Below are positions 49,768 to 59,091 of a stretch of DNA of 64,000 nucleotides, piece by piece. The position numbers and the translations under genes are program-made. Numbering within the stretch: the stretch's first letter is position 1; every line of letters begins with the position of its first letter. Source of the stretch: an uncultured Planctomycetota bacterium (GTDB taxonomy: Bacteria; Planctomycetota; Planctomycetia; Isosphaerales; Isosphaeraceae); NCBI GenBank assembly GCA_963823665.1, contig CAWGMQ010000004.1:608001-672000 (forward strand), written 5' to 3'. The notes under the pieces are model-generated. The model was not told the DNA's origin, did not search any database, and saw only the letters and a list, made by a program, of their open reading frames with translations.

Positions 49768-50007
49768 GACGACACCCACATGTGAAATCGCTTGTTTTTT
49801 AGGGGTTTCGATGTGCAAGGATCGCAAGAATTAGCGCAGATCGCAAGGATTTCCTGAAGGGATTACTGAAGGTTACAGATCGGTCGGGAATCTGGTAAAA
49901 TGCTCTCGGCGTTTCCTGATTCACGGCGGGAGGGGACGGCGATCGAGTTGGTCAGCGAACCAGCGAAAAAGGTCATCTGGCCAGGAAAATAAATCCACGG
50001 AGGAAAA

Positions 50008-50240
50008 ATGAAGACCGCTACTCTCTCCCCCGCCGCCTTGGCTCTTTTCCGGCTGCATGTTGAGCGACACGGGGACGTTGATGTAGACGTCTATCGGGAA
50101 CTCTACCGCGAGCTGGAGCGCGCCGGTTTCATGATCGTTGGCAACACGTTCGCCGGGGGCCAGGACAGCATCTACCACGTCACGAAGCTCGGCTTCGAGC
50201 GGAAGGCCGAGCTTTTGGCTTGCGCGAAAGAAGCGCGTGA
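50008..50240 (+). CDS. Small winged-helix-like protein (module copy 2)
   Basis: GGAGG RBS; LSPAALALF...YRELERAG...FAGG...YHVT; probable true stop is TGA TAG at 50238-50243 after a 1-nt indel. Confidence 0.7.
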
Positions 50241-50340
50241 TAGCCCGCTAGAGGCTGCGCTGGCGGAGCAATCCGTAAGTCTCGCTGCGCGGAGAGAACC
50301 GCCGAACAAACGCATCAGCCGGGAGCAAGTTGGGCGCAGC

Positions 50341-50820
50341 CTACCTCGCCCTGGCCCGATTCAATCGCCTGGCCTCGTCGCTGATCGGAAGCTTGGTCTT
50401 GGCGGCGGCCTTGACCGCATCGGCGTGCTTGCCGCCTGCCTGCAGCTCTTCGTACTCGTGCGCGATGGTTGCATCAATGCGATCTCTGAGCCTCATTCGC
50501 GGCCAAATGCGCCCGCCCTTCTTGCCTTTCAGCAGATCGGGATTTAGCACGCCTGAGTCCACCACCGCCCCGGTCGTGTTGGCGCCCCCCTTGCGCCCCT
50601 GGGGATCGAAGGCGCGCCATTGCCCATCGCCGTCATAATCCGGCTGGCCGCGCTCGTGATGGGGGATACCGAGGTCCTTCATGCGCCCGCGGACGTAGCG
50701 CTCGCCGACGTCCTCCCATTCCTGGGCGATCTGCCGGGCGTGCAGTCCCGGATCAGCGGGACGACCTCCTCGCGCCGAGGGCGGCAGCCCGAACATGCCC
50801 GGTTTCCGCTCGTCGGTCAT
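50341..50820 (-). CDS. Hypothetical HExxE-motif (zincin-like) protein (module copy 2)
   Basis: MKDLGIP, DSGVLNPDLL, RLRDRIDATIAHEYEE, H..AVKAA..TKLPIS. Confidence 0.75.
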   Translation of the reverse strand: MTDERKPGMFGLPPSARGGRPADPGLHARQIAQEWEDVGERYVRGRMKDLGIPHHERGQPDYDGDGQWRAFDPQGRKGGANTTGAVVDSGVLNPDLLKGKKGGRIWPRMRLRDRIDATIAHEYEELQAGGKHADAVKAAAKTKLPISDEARRLNRARAR

Positions 50821-50948
50821 CGACTCCGCTCCCTACGTTCTTCGCGTAGCAGTCCTTTAAACTCCTTCACCGCCATAAGGGCCTGCAGCGCCACCGTTAG
50901 GCCGCTCATGACGAATGCGACCTTTTCGTTGTTCTGGCGCTTCGCCAT
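50817..50948 (-). CDS. 43-aa peptide with hydrophobic core
   Basis: MAKRQNNEKVAFVMSGLTVALQALMAVKEFKGLLREERRERSR; ATGA overlap with the HExxE gene. Confidence 0.5.
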   Translation of the reverse strand: MAKRQNNEKVAFVMSGLTVALQALMAVKEFKGLLREERRERSR

Positions 50949-50968
50949 GCGGTCAATTTGATCGGGGA

Positions 50969-51455
50969 GGACGGAAACGGTGACGCGATTAGTATTGACG
51001 GAAGCCTTCAGTGCTGTGAGCAGATGTTGTCATGCCAAGAACAGCGAGAGTAGCACCGGGGCTTTGTCTATCACGTCCTGAACCGATCGGTCGGCAGGAT
51101 GCAAATGTTCCGCAAGGAGTCCGGTTTTGAGGCGTTCGAGCGTGTGATGGTTGAGGCTCACCTGCGGCAACTTGGTCGGTGGATCGGCCGGCGAAGTGGA
51201 CGGCTCGCGTCAACGCTCCTTTGACCACGAAGGAATTAGACCGAGTGCGGGTGAGCATCGAAAGAGGATGACCGTACGGCGAGGAGAAGTGGGTGCGCGA
51301 AACGGTAAGAGATCTCGGTCTGGAGCAGACCGTTCGTCCTGAAGGCCGCCCACGGAAAGCGAGCCAATCGGCGATCGAGGCGACAAGCTCATTACGCGGA
51401 TTCCATCCAGCGGTCAGATTCAGAGACAAACTAATCGCGTCCGTGTTTCGCTCCC
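50969..51455 (+). mobile_element. Non-autonomous internally deleted RAYT copy with both ends
   Basis: Left flank GACGCGATTAGTATTGACG, ATGCCAAGAACAGCG, same deletion junction as the 42.7-kb copy, right flank TTCCATCCAGCGG. Confidence 0.88.
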
Positions 51456-51782
51456 CGCGTCCCTGTTTCGCTCCCCATAGGGTGAAGCGCGCGTTCGCAC
51501 AACGTCCGGTGCCTGATCCAAGGTAGGTCGGCTGCTGGCCGCCTGAACCGGCCTTCCGAGGCCAAAGGACGAAGACCCGAACCTCGTTCCAGGGAGATGT
51601 GTGTTTCGCGTGCGGTCGTGACATCGCGTTCGGTCCCACCGCAAGTTGGTGCCACGAAATCGTGTTCAAGACGTTCGCGCGGGTTTATACTCTGGTGGCC
51701 CTCTGTTGGCTAAGAATGAACGTGACCTGACGACTGAGCGCCGCGGCGTGAGGAGGGCGCGCGCACGTGAGGGAGACGGGAG

Positions 51783-52166
51783 ATGTTCATACCAAAACGA
51801 ATCACGATTGGGGTCGTCCTCGTATTGCTCGCCTTCGCGGCTGTGGTCCGACCCGTGCTGGCCCAGGATGACCGAATCCAGAAGATCGAGCAGCGATTGA
51901 ATGCGCTGGAACAACGGGTCACCCCTGCCGACAACTCGTTGGACTTCATCAAGGTGTACCTCCCTGCCGTTTTCCCTATCGTGGGGATCGGTTTGTTCTG
52001 CGGGCTCTGGGCGCGGAACTCCGGTCGTGACTTCTGGCTTTGGTTCACGGCCGGGCTTGTCTTCAGCATCTTCGCGTTAATCGCGGTCGCGGACGCACAC
52101 GAGAAGGACCAGAAAGCGAAGCGACTCGCCGCGAAAAACGCATCCAAAGAGGCGATGGATCTGTAG
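51783..52166 (+). CDS. Small membrane protein
   Basis: Signal peptide, short coiled coil, two TM helices (WARNSGRDFWLWF). Confidence 0.75.
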   Translation: MFIPKRITIGVVLVLLAFAAVVRPVLAQDDRIQKIEQRLNALEQRVTPADNSLDFIKVYLPAVFPIVGIGLFCGLWARNSGRDFWLWFTAGLVFSIFALIAVADAHEKDQKAKRLAAKNASKEAMDL

Positions 52167-52564
52167 ACTCGAACAGGGCAGCCGGCGAGGTTCACCAGGT
52201 GGGTGGACGCCCAAGGGGGCAAGTGCCAAGGACAATAAAATCTTTGCCGAGCGACTAGAGGGGGTTCGCGAGGGCCGAGGTCCTGTGTGGCAAGGCAATT
52301 CAAGGCCGCCGCCGCATATCCAATACCAGCACAAGGAAATCGGCACCCTGATGACCGAGCTGGGCCGTATCAAGAAGAGGGATGTCGTCACGAATGTGCC
52401 CTTCCCCGCATCAGTTGCTGGACCAGTTTTTGGGGAGCAGGCCAGGCTTGGGTGTATGGCGCGATCGAGGCCGGAGGATCAGGGACTAAACGGATAGCCT
52501 GGATCTGGGAATCGCGCGGGGTGTTTTTCCCTTTTTTGGCCAAGGCGCGCGCAGATTTGGGATT

Positions 52565-52731
52565 TTAATCGAGTCAGTCGTTGCAGCCCTTGCGACGTGA
52601 AAAAGTACCTCAGGATTTCTGGTCGACGAATCTGGCAAATCAGGGAAACCCGTCGCATATTAGCTGTAGCTCGATCTCGATCGCCGACACTGGAGTCGGC
52701 GCTCGAGACCACCCACCTCTGATCTGGAACC
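52565..52731 (+). repeat. Orphan copy of the ~165-bp leader found at 53515-53676
   Basis: Shared TTGCGACGTGAAAAAG, CAGGATTTCTGGTCG, GTCGCATATT, GCCGACACTGGAGTCGGC hairpin, ACCACCCACCTCTGATCT. Confidence 0.85.
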
Positions 52732-53068
52732 GCGAATGCTCTTTTCGTTTGCTCGAGCGTGTGCTCGAGGGTTCTCAGTGTGTTTCGATCATGCTCGTGC
52801 AGCGGGAAAGCATGGCGTGGCCTGCGCTCACGGCGGGGGCAGGGCGCGGGGTGCACGATCCTCGATTTTTGAGCGACGGCGAGGGTGGGAGGGGTGTCGA
52901 GGGCGGGAAGGGTGAGTTTTCAACCGGCGGGCCACGGGATCGTCGAGCGGGACCGGTGGCTTTATCCTCTTTGTTTCTCTGCATTTCCGTGCTGCTTCGG
53001 GGCGCTTCGGCCGGCCATCGCGCGGGGCTCCGAACGGCAATAAGAATGGGACTTTTTTGGGGTCGGGC

Positions 53069-53097
53069 GTCTCATTTCGTCTCATTTTGTCTCATTC
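53069..53097. repeat. 10-bp tandem repeat x3
   Basis: GTCTCATTTC GTCTCATTTT GTCTCATTC. Confidence 0.7.
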
Positions 53098-53691
53098 GCT
53101 TATACTTATTTAGAAGGCGAGGCGATCTGCTTGTTTTTCAGCGTGCCGTCGACGCCGCGTCGGGCGACCGCGTGTTCAGTTATCATGCGACCGCGTGTTC
53201 ACAATTAAGAAAGAAACCGCGCAAAGCCGTATCTCGTGACGTTGCAGCCGTCTCGATTGCGCGATTGCAGTTTTTTTGGAGGCTTTTATTGCCGCGAGCC
53301 GAAACTGGGCACATATTATTACATGAGGACGGTCGGCGAACGCGCGATGCTGGCGCGGTAGCTCCGTCTGCTTACGAGCACGAGTATGAGCAACAGTGGT
53401 GAGTTCAGGCGACTCCCGATACGCGGCCGCTGGGACAGACCCCCCCTGGCCCCGCCTTGTTAAGGGGGGAAGCTTTTTCCCGGTTCTTGGCGGAGGCGCG
53501 GCAGAATTGGCGTATTAATCGAGTTGGTCGTTGCATCCGTTGCGACGTGAAAAAGAGCCCCAGGATTTCTGGTCGGCGCAGTGGCCAAATCCGGGAAACC
53601 TGTCGCATATTGTCTGTAGCTCGATCGCCGACACTGGAGTCGGCGCACGGGACCACCCACCTCTGATCTTGAACCGAGAATTGACACTGAT

Positions 53692-55686
53692 ATGGCCTCT
53701 GATGCACAAATCAATGCGAACCGGCGCAATGCGTTGCGCTCGACCGGGCCTAAGTCTCCGGAATCCCGGGCGAAGAGCGCTCGCAATAGTCGGAAGCACG
53801 GTCTTCGGTCGGAACGTGAGAAGCTCGCGCGGGAGGAAAGCATCGCGTACGAAGCGCGATACTTTCGCTGGGCCGCGAATTATGGGGTGGAGTCCGACCC
53901 CGAGGAGTTTCTGCTCAATGCCAACGTGTTTCTGGCGTCGGACATGGATCGGGTCAGGGGTGCGTATCTGGAACTCACTCAAAGCCAGGTCGACGATGCC
54001 GACAACGCGGAGATCAAAGAGGCGAGTGACACGGGCAACCGACTGTTCTCCGATCCGCGAGGAGTGCCGGTTTCGATGTATGGCAACCGTCGCTTTAACG
54101 GCATGAAACCGGGGGGACCGTCGTGGGGCAGCGCCAAAGCGCCGGCGCTTGACCCCGGGGAACTCATAGGGCAACTGGAATCGAGCGCGATGGGGTGCTA
54201 CTGGATACTGGAAGTTCTTGAGGAACTGCTGAAGCTGGCGCGGGAGTCTTTCTGGGTTGGAGGAGATCGGCTGCGGATGATCCGGCTGCTGGGGCGGAAT
54301 CCCGTGGACGCCGTTGCTGACCGGCGAGTTGCGGAGGTTTTTGCGGCGAGTCACGCGCTTCGGCCGGTGGGCAATGCATTTGCCGAGCTGGAAAGCGACA
54401 TGAGCGAGCTCGCAGCCGAGAACCAGGAGAAGGATATCAGGGCGAGGTGGCGCGACCTTTCGCGCAAAGGTGAGCCGGAGAAGGCCAGGCAGAGCCTGAT
54501 CGGCCTGGTGGAGGGCGAGATCGAGCGGGTGTGGGCGATTGCGGAGCAATATGAAGAGAATGCGGGTGATGAACCTGCGCGGACCCGGAGGCGCAGGAGT
54601 TTCGTTCATAGCCGAGAAGCCGATGCGATGCGGCGATGGTTCGTGCGCGCCAAGGGGTCGGTGGAGCGGGGGGGGAAGGTACTTCGGCAGGAGGTACGGG
54701 CGCGGAGGGCGGATAAGGATGCGCAGGGATTGCCGCCGGTGCCTGGGAAAGATGTTAGCCCGTATGATGGGCGGCCGGCGTCTTGGTGGAGGGAGAGCGC
54801 GGGTGATCGGAAGGCGGGACGGAGGGCGGAGGGCGGAGGGGCGGGTCAGGGGAGTTTCGTCCAAGATGGAGGGGGTGACTGTGGGAGCGGCGGGCTACTC
54901 GCGGCTGGGATTTCGGACGCGGCAGTTGAAATTGGCCGTGAAACTCAGGCGGACGGCACACGGAGTGTGCCTGCTACTTCAAATGTGAAGGGACGCGGGT
55001 GGGATTCGGTCTTGGTTGAGGAATCGGACATTCTGGCGTGTGGGGGGTATCTGCCCGAGAAGTGCATCGCGATCGCGGGTGAGAGCGATCTTGGAGCCGA
55101 GCCTGCGGCTGCGATGGGGGACGAAGTGCCGAAACTCGAAACGGCGGGTTTAGATCCTCGCGACGCTGGGAGCTGCGACATGGAGCTCAACGCGGGTGGT
55201 GTGAGCGAAGTCACGCAGGCGCAACTGGCGGAAGCTGCTGATCGGGGGCGGGACGAAGGGGTTGCCGCAGGCGGCGACGAGAGTCAAATCGGAGAAAAAG
55301 CGCCGAACGAAGCCAATTTTTGTGATGACGTGTGCATAGCACAACATCAAGAGATTATTGAAGTTCCGACGAATTCCGGCGGTGTTTCGGGACTTGATGC
55401 TTGTCAAACGAACCCAATTTTTTTGGAAACGAAGCCAATTCCGGCGGGTGGTCCGGAGGCGGGCGGAGCGGGAGGTTCGACCAAGCCGGAAGCACGACCG
55501 CTGACGGAAGGCGAGCGGTGGGACGCTTGGAGGGAGATCAGGCGGCGGGAGTGGGTTCGGTCGCGTGCGGAGCAAGCGGTGCGCGAGCGCTTGGCGAGGT
55601 TGAATTCGGGTGTCGCGAACACTGGCGCGGAACCAAATGGAGCGACGGGGGAAGTTATGGGGTCGCAGGATGTGCGGGGGCCGTGA
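53692..55686 (+). CDS. Hypothetical protein with N-terminal ANRRNA..STGP...N..KHG motif
   Basis: MASDAQINANRRNALRSTGPKSPESRAKSARNSRKHGL; helical core; disordered tail with NEANF/TNPIF/TKPI. Confidence 0.8.
   Translation: MASDAQINANRRNALRSTGPKSPESRAKSARNSRKHGLRSEREKLAREESIAYEARYFRWAANYGVESDPEEFLLNANVFLASDMDRVRGAYLELTQSQVDDADNAEIKEASDTGNRLFSDPRGVPVSMYGNRRFNGMKPGGPSWGSAKAPALDPGELIGQLESSAMGCYWILEVLEELLKLARESFWVGGDRLRMIRLLGRNPVDAVADRRVAEVFAASHALRPVGNAFAELESDMSELAAENQEKDIRARWRDLSRKGEPEKARQSLIGLVEGEIERVWAIAEQYEENAGDEPARTRRRRSFVHSREADAMRRWFVRAKGSVERGGKVLRQEVRARRADKDAQGLPPVPGKDVSPYDGRPASWWRESAGDRKAGRRAEGGGAGQGSFVQDGGGDCGSGGLLAAGISDAAVEIGRETQADGTRSVPATSNVKGRGWDSVLVEESDILACGGYLPEKCIAIAGESDLGAEPAAAMGDEVPKLETAGLDPRDAGSCDMELNAGGVSEVTQAQLAEAADRGRDEGVAAGGDESQIGEKAPNEANFCDDVCIAQHQEIIEVPTNSGGVSGLDACQTNPIFLETKPIPAGGPEAGGAGGSTKPEARPLTEGERWDAWREIRRREWVRSRAEQAVRERLARLNSGVANTGAEPNGATGEVMGSQDVRGP
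54949..54977. repeat. GTAG-type REP inside the CDS
   Basis: GCGGACGGCACACGGAGTGTGCCTGCTAC (hairpin GGCACAC/GTGTGCC, reverse strand starts GTAG). Confidence 0.65.
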
Positions 55687-55860
55687 GCGAGCGCACCAGG
55701 CGCTGTCCCCCGGTAGCCTCGACTCTCGCTAAGAGTATTGTGAAGAGATCACGCGAGCCCTAAAGGGGCCAGGTGAGCCCTCACAGGTTCAAGAATGCCC
55801 ACCATGATGTCCAACTGGCTGCTACGCTGCGTCGCTCTCGCGCCTATCAGGTTTTCGTCG

Positions 55861-56913
55861 ATGATCAAACTCTTGCTTCGACTATGGCTCGCGGTCGCCT
55901 TGATCCTGGCGGCATCGACCGTGTTGCTGCTCACCGACCGTGAGCGTGCCCGCGGCGGGGTAAGACCCTCGCGGCCGAGTGAAGAAGGCAGCCCGGCCCG
56001 CACCTGGAAGATTGGTCTGGCCGCGTTCGTCGAGTCTGCGCCGATCGAAGAGGCGATCGCCGGGTTCCGGCAAGGCCTCAAGGAGGCCGGCCTCGTCGAT
56101 GGGCGAGACTTCACGATCAGCACCCGCAACGCTCAGGGCGATATCGGCACGCTGAACGCGATCCTCGACCATCTGAACGGCGATGACATCGACTTGATCG
56201 CAACTTTCTCGACACCGGCCTTCCAGTGCGCGCTGCGGAAAGTCGAGCGGAAGCCGGTCGTCTGCGCCGTCGTGTCCGATCCGATCACGATGGGCGCGGC
56301 TAAGTCGGATGTGGACCACCGGCCGAACGTGACCGGGGCCTACCTGTACTACCCCGTCATCCCCATGACAGAGCAGGTTCTCGCGGTCTTCCCCAAGGCA
56401 CATCGCGTCGGCACCCTCTTCTCACCCGGTGAGATCAACTCCGTTGTCGGCCAGCGACAGTTCGCCGCTGCGCTCAAGGAAGCTGGCCTCGAGCTGGTGA
56501 GCGTTCCGGTCAACGGTCCCTCCGATGTGGGCGAAGCGGCGCTGGCGCTTTGTCAGTCCAAGGTTGACGTCGTCTGCCAGATCGCAGACAACGTCACCAC
56601 CTCTTCGTTCCCGGCAGTCGCCCGCGCGTGCGAGATCACCCGAACTCCGCTCTTCACGTTCTCGCCGTCGCTGGTCAAGAGCGGGGCGATGGTCGGGTTG
56701 GGCTCCGACTATGCGGAAAACGGCCGTGACGCCGGAGTGATCGCAGCCCAGGTGATCCGCGGCGAGCACCCGTCGCGAATTCCGTTCCACCCATCGGACA
56801 AGCTCGGGCTCGCGGTCAACCTGGATAACGCCCGCCGGCTCAAGGTCGTGATTCCCGCCGAAATCGTCAACAAGGCAGACCTGGTCATTCCCTCACTGCC
56901 TCGCGCTCCTTGA
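55861..56913 (+). CDS. ABC transporter substrate-binding protein (single domain, COG2984-like)
   Basis: NAQGD, STPA, VSDP..GA, NVTG, E.NS, ADN, G.DY..NG, VNL..A. Confidence 0.88.
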   Translation: MIKLLLRLWLAVALILAASTVLLLTDRERARGGVRPSRPSEEGSPARTWKIGLAAFVESAPIEEAIAGFRQGLKEAGLVDGRDFTISTRNAQGDIGTLNAILDHLNGDDIDLIATFSTPAFQCALRKVERKPVVCAVVSDPITMGAAKSDVDHRPNVTGAYLYYPVIPMTEQVLAVFPKAHRVGTLFSPGEINSVVGQRQFAAALKEAGLELVSVPVNGPSDVGEAALALCQSKVDVVCQIADNVTTSSFPAVARACEITRTPLFTFSPSLVKSGAMVGLGSDYAENGRDAGVIAAQVIRGEHPSRIPFHPSDKLGLAVNLDNARRLKVVIPAEIVNKADLVIPSLPRAP

Positions 56914-57041
56914 AAAGCCGGAGGCTGGACAAACACAAACGGGCAATATCTAATTGCTCCGTTGATCCAGCCGGCGGCTACTGCACGCTCATTGTAATTC
57001 CCTCGTTTCCCCGCCCTTCCTTCCCCCGCACGGATTCGTGC

Positions 57042-59081
57042 ATGATCAAGGTTTTGCTTCGATTGTGGCTCGCGGTCGCCCTCATCCTGGCGGCATCGGC
57101 CGTGTTGCTGCTCACGGACCGGCAGCGCAAGACGGGCGGTGCAGGATCCTCCGGGGTGGGCGCGGCGTCGCCCGTGAAGCTGCGCTCCATCGCGTTGTTC
57201 CAGCACGTCTCCCAGGCAACGCTCGAGGAAGGCGCACAGGGTGTGTTCGCAGGGCTGGAACAGTCAGGATACCAGCAGGGCCGCACGCTTGCCGTCCGTC
57301 GCTATTGCGCCGAGGGCGACGCCGCGACGGCGAACACGATCGCCCGTGAGATCATCGGCGGCGACGCCGAGCTGGTGATCACGCTTTCGACTCCCAGCCT
57401 CCAATCAATCGCCGCCGCCAATCGTGACGCAAAGCGTCTGCACGTCTTCGGAATGGTGAGCGATCCCGTCGTCGCGGGCGTGGGAATCTCGCGAGACGAC
57501 CCGCGCAAGCATCCGCCGTACATGGTCGGCCTGGGCACCATGCAGCCCGTTGCCGAAGTCTTCAAGCTGGCCCGGCGGCTGGACCCCTCGCTCAAGAAGG
57601 TGGGAGTCGCCTGGAATCCGTCGGAAGCGAATTCCGAAGCCTGCACCAAGGTCGCCCGCGCGGTCTGCAAGGAGCTGGGAATCGAGCTGCTCGAGGCGAA
57701 TGTCGACGGCTCGGCGGCAGTCCGGGAGGCAGTCGGCTCACTCATCGGCCGGGCGCCGAAGCGATCTGGGTCGGCGGTGACAACGTCGTGCTCTCCTCGC
57801 TCGACGCCGTGATCGGCCCCGCGCGGGCGGCGCGCGTCGCGGTCTTTACCAGCATCCCAGGGTGCGCCGAGCGCGGAGCCTTGTTCGACCTGGGGGCCGA
57901 CTATCACCGCGTCGGCATGTCGATCGGCCGGCTGGCCGGCCGCGTGCTCGACGGCGAGTCGCCTGCGGATATGCCGATCCTTTACGAAGTCCCGCCCGAA
58001 TTGTGGATCAACAGGGTCGCGCTCAAGCCCCTCGGCGGAGACTGGTCGTTTCCCGCCGAGATCGACGCCAAGGCCGACGTCGTGGTTGAGAAGGACGGTC
58101 CGGTCCGGCGCCGCGCAGCGTGAGAAAGAAGCCGGAACGCCCGCGAGCGCACGAGCCCGGCCGTCGCGAGCCTGGAAGGTCTCCCTGGCCGCGTTCAGCG
58201 AATCGTCGATCCTGGAGGAGGCGATTGAGGGTTTCCACCGCGGACTCAAGGAGGACGGCCTCGTCGATCGGCAGGACTTCAAAACAGCTTACCGAAACGC
58301 CCAGGGCGATATCGCCACTCTCAACGCCATGTTTGACGAGTTAAACGGCGACGACACCGACCTGATCGTCATTTTCTCTACGCCCGCCCTGCAGTCGGCG
58401 CTGCGCAAGGTCGCCAGGAAGCCTGTCGTCTTCGGGACCGTGCTCGATCCGATTGCCGCGGGCGCGGGAAAGTCGAACGCCGACCACCGTGCGAACGTGA
58501 CGGGTGTGTATCTCACGTTCCCCGACGCCGCGATGGCGTCTCAGGTGCTCGCGGTGTTTCCGAAGGCTCGTCGCGTCGGCACGCTGTTCGCACCCGGCGA
58601 GATCAATTCCGTATTGGCCCAGCAGCACTTCGCGCGGGCGCTCAAGAATGCGGGACTCGAGCTGGTGAGCCTGCCGGTGAACGGCCCGTCCGAAGTCAGC
58701 GACACGGCACTCGCGCTCTGCCAGTCGGGCGTCGACGTCGTCTGCCAGATCTCCGACAATCTGAACAACGCCTCCTTTCCGGCGATCGCTCGCGCGTGCG
58801 AGATGGCTAAAATGCCGCTCTTCACGTTCTCGCCCGCGATGGTCAAGCGCGGGGCGATCCTCGGGCTGGGCTCTGACTTCGCGGAGAACGGCCACGACGC
58901 CGGCCTGGTCGCCGCCCGGGTGATCCGCGGTGAGGCCCCGTCGCGAATCCCGTTTCACGCAACGACCAGGGTTCGACGTTCCGTAAACCTGGATAATGCC
59001 CGCCGTCTCGGAGTCGTGATCCCGCCCGAATGGGTCAAGGCGGCTGACCTCGTCATTCCCTCACCGTCCCCGGGCCAATAG
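57042..59081 (+). CDS. Tandem two-domain ABC substrate-binding protein; frameshifts near 57752 and 58113
   Basis: Three consecutive ORFs join into two COG2984-like domains (AIWVGGDN restored by +1 G). Confidence 0.82.
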
Positions 59082-59091
59082 AGGGCTCTTC

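Noticed and set aside
49726..49800. Functional tRNA-Val
   Set aside because: 5' half missing; the anticodon stem cannot pair
50241..50547. Long C-terminus of ORF 50008..50547
   Set aside because: Antisense to the HExxE gene; the homologue at 25021 is short; tandem stops lie one frame away
52581..53402. 273-aa ORF
   Set aside because: Crosses repeats and the leader copy; no protein-like composition
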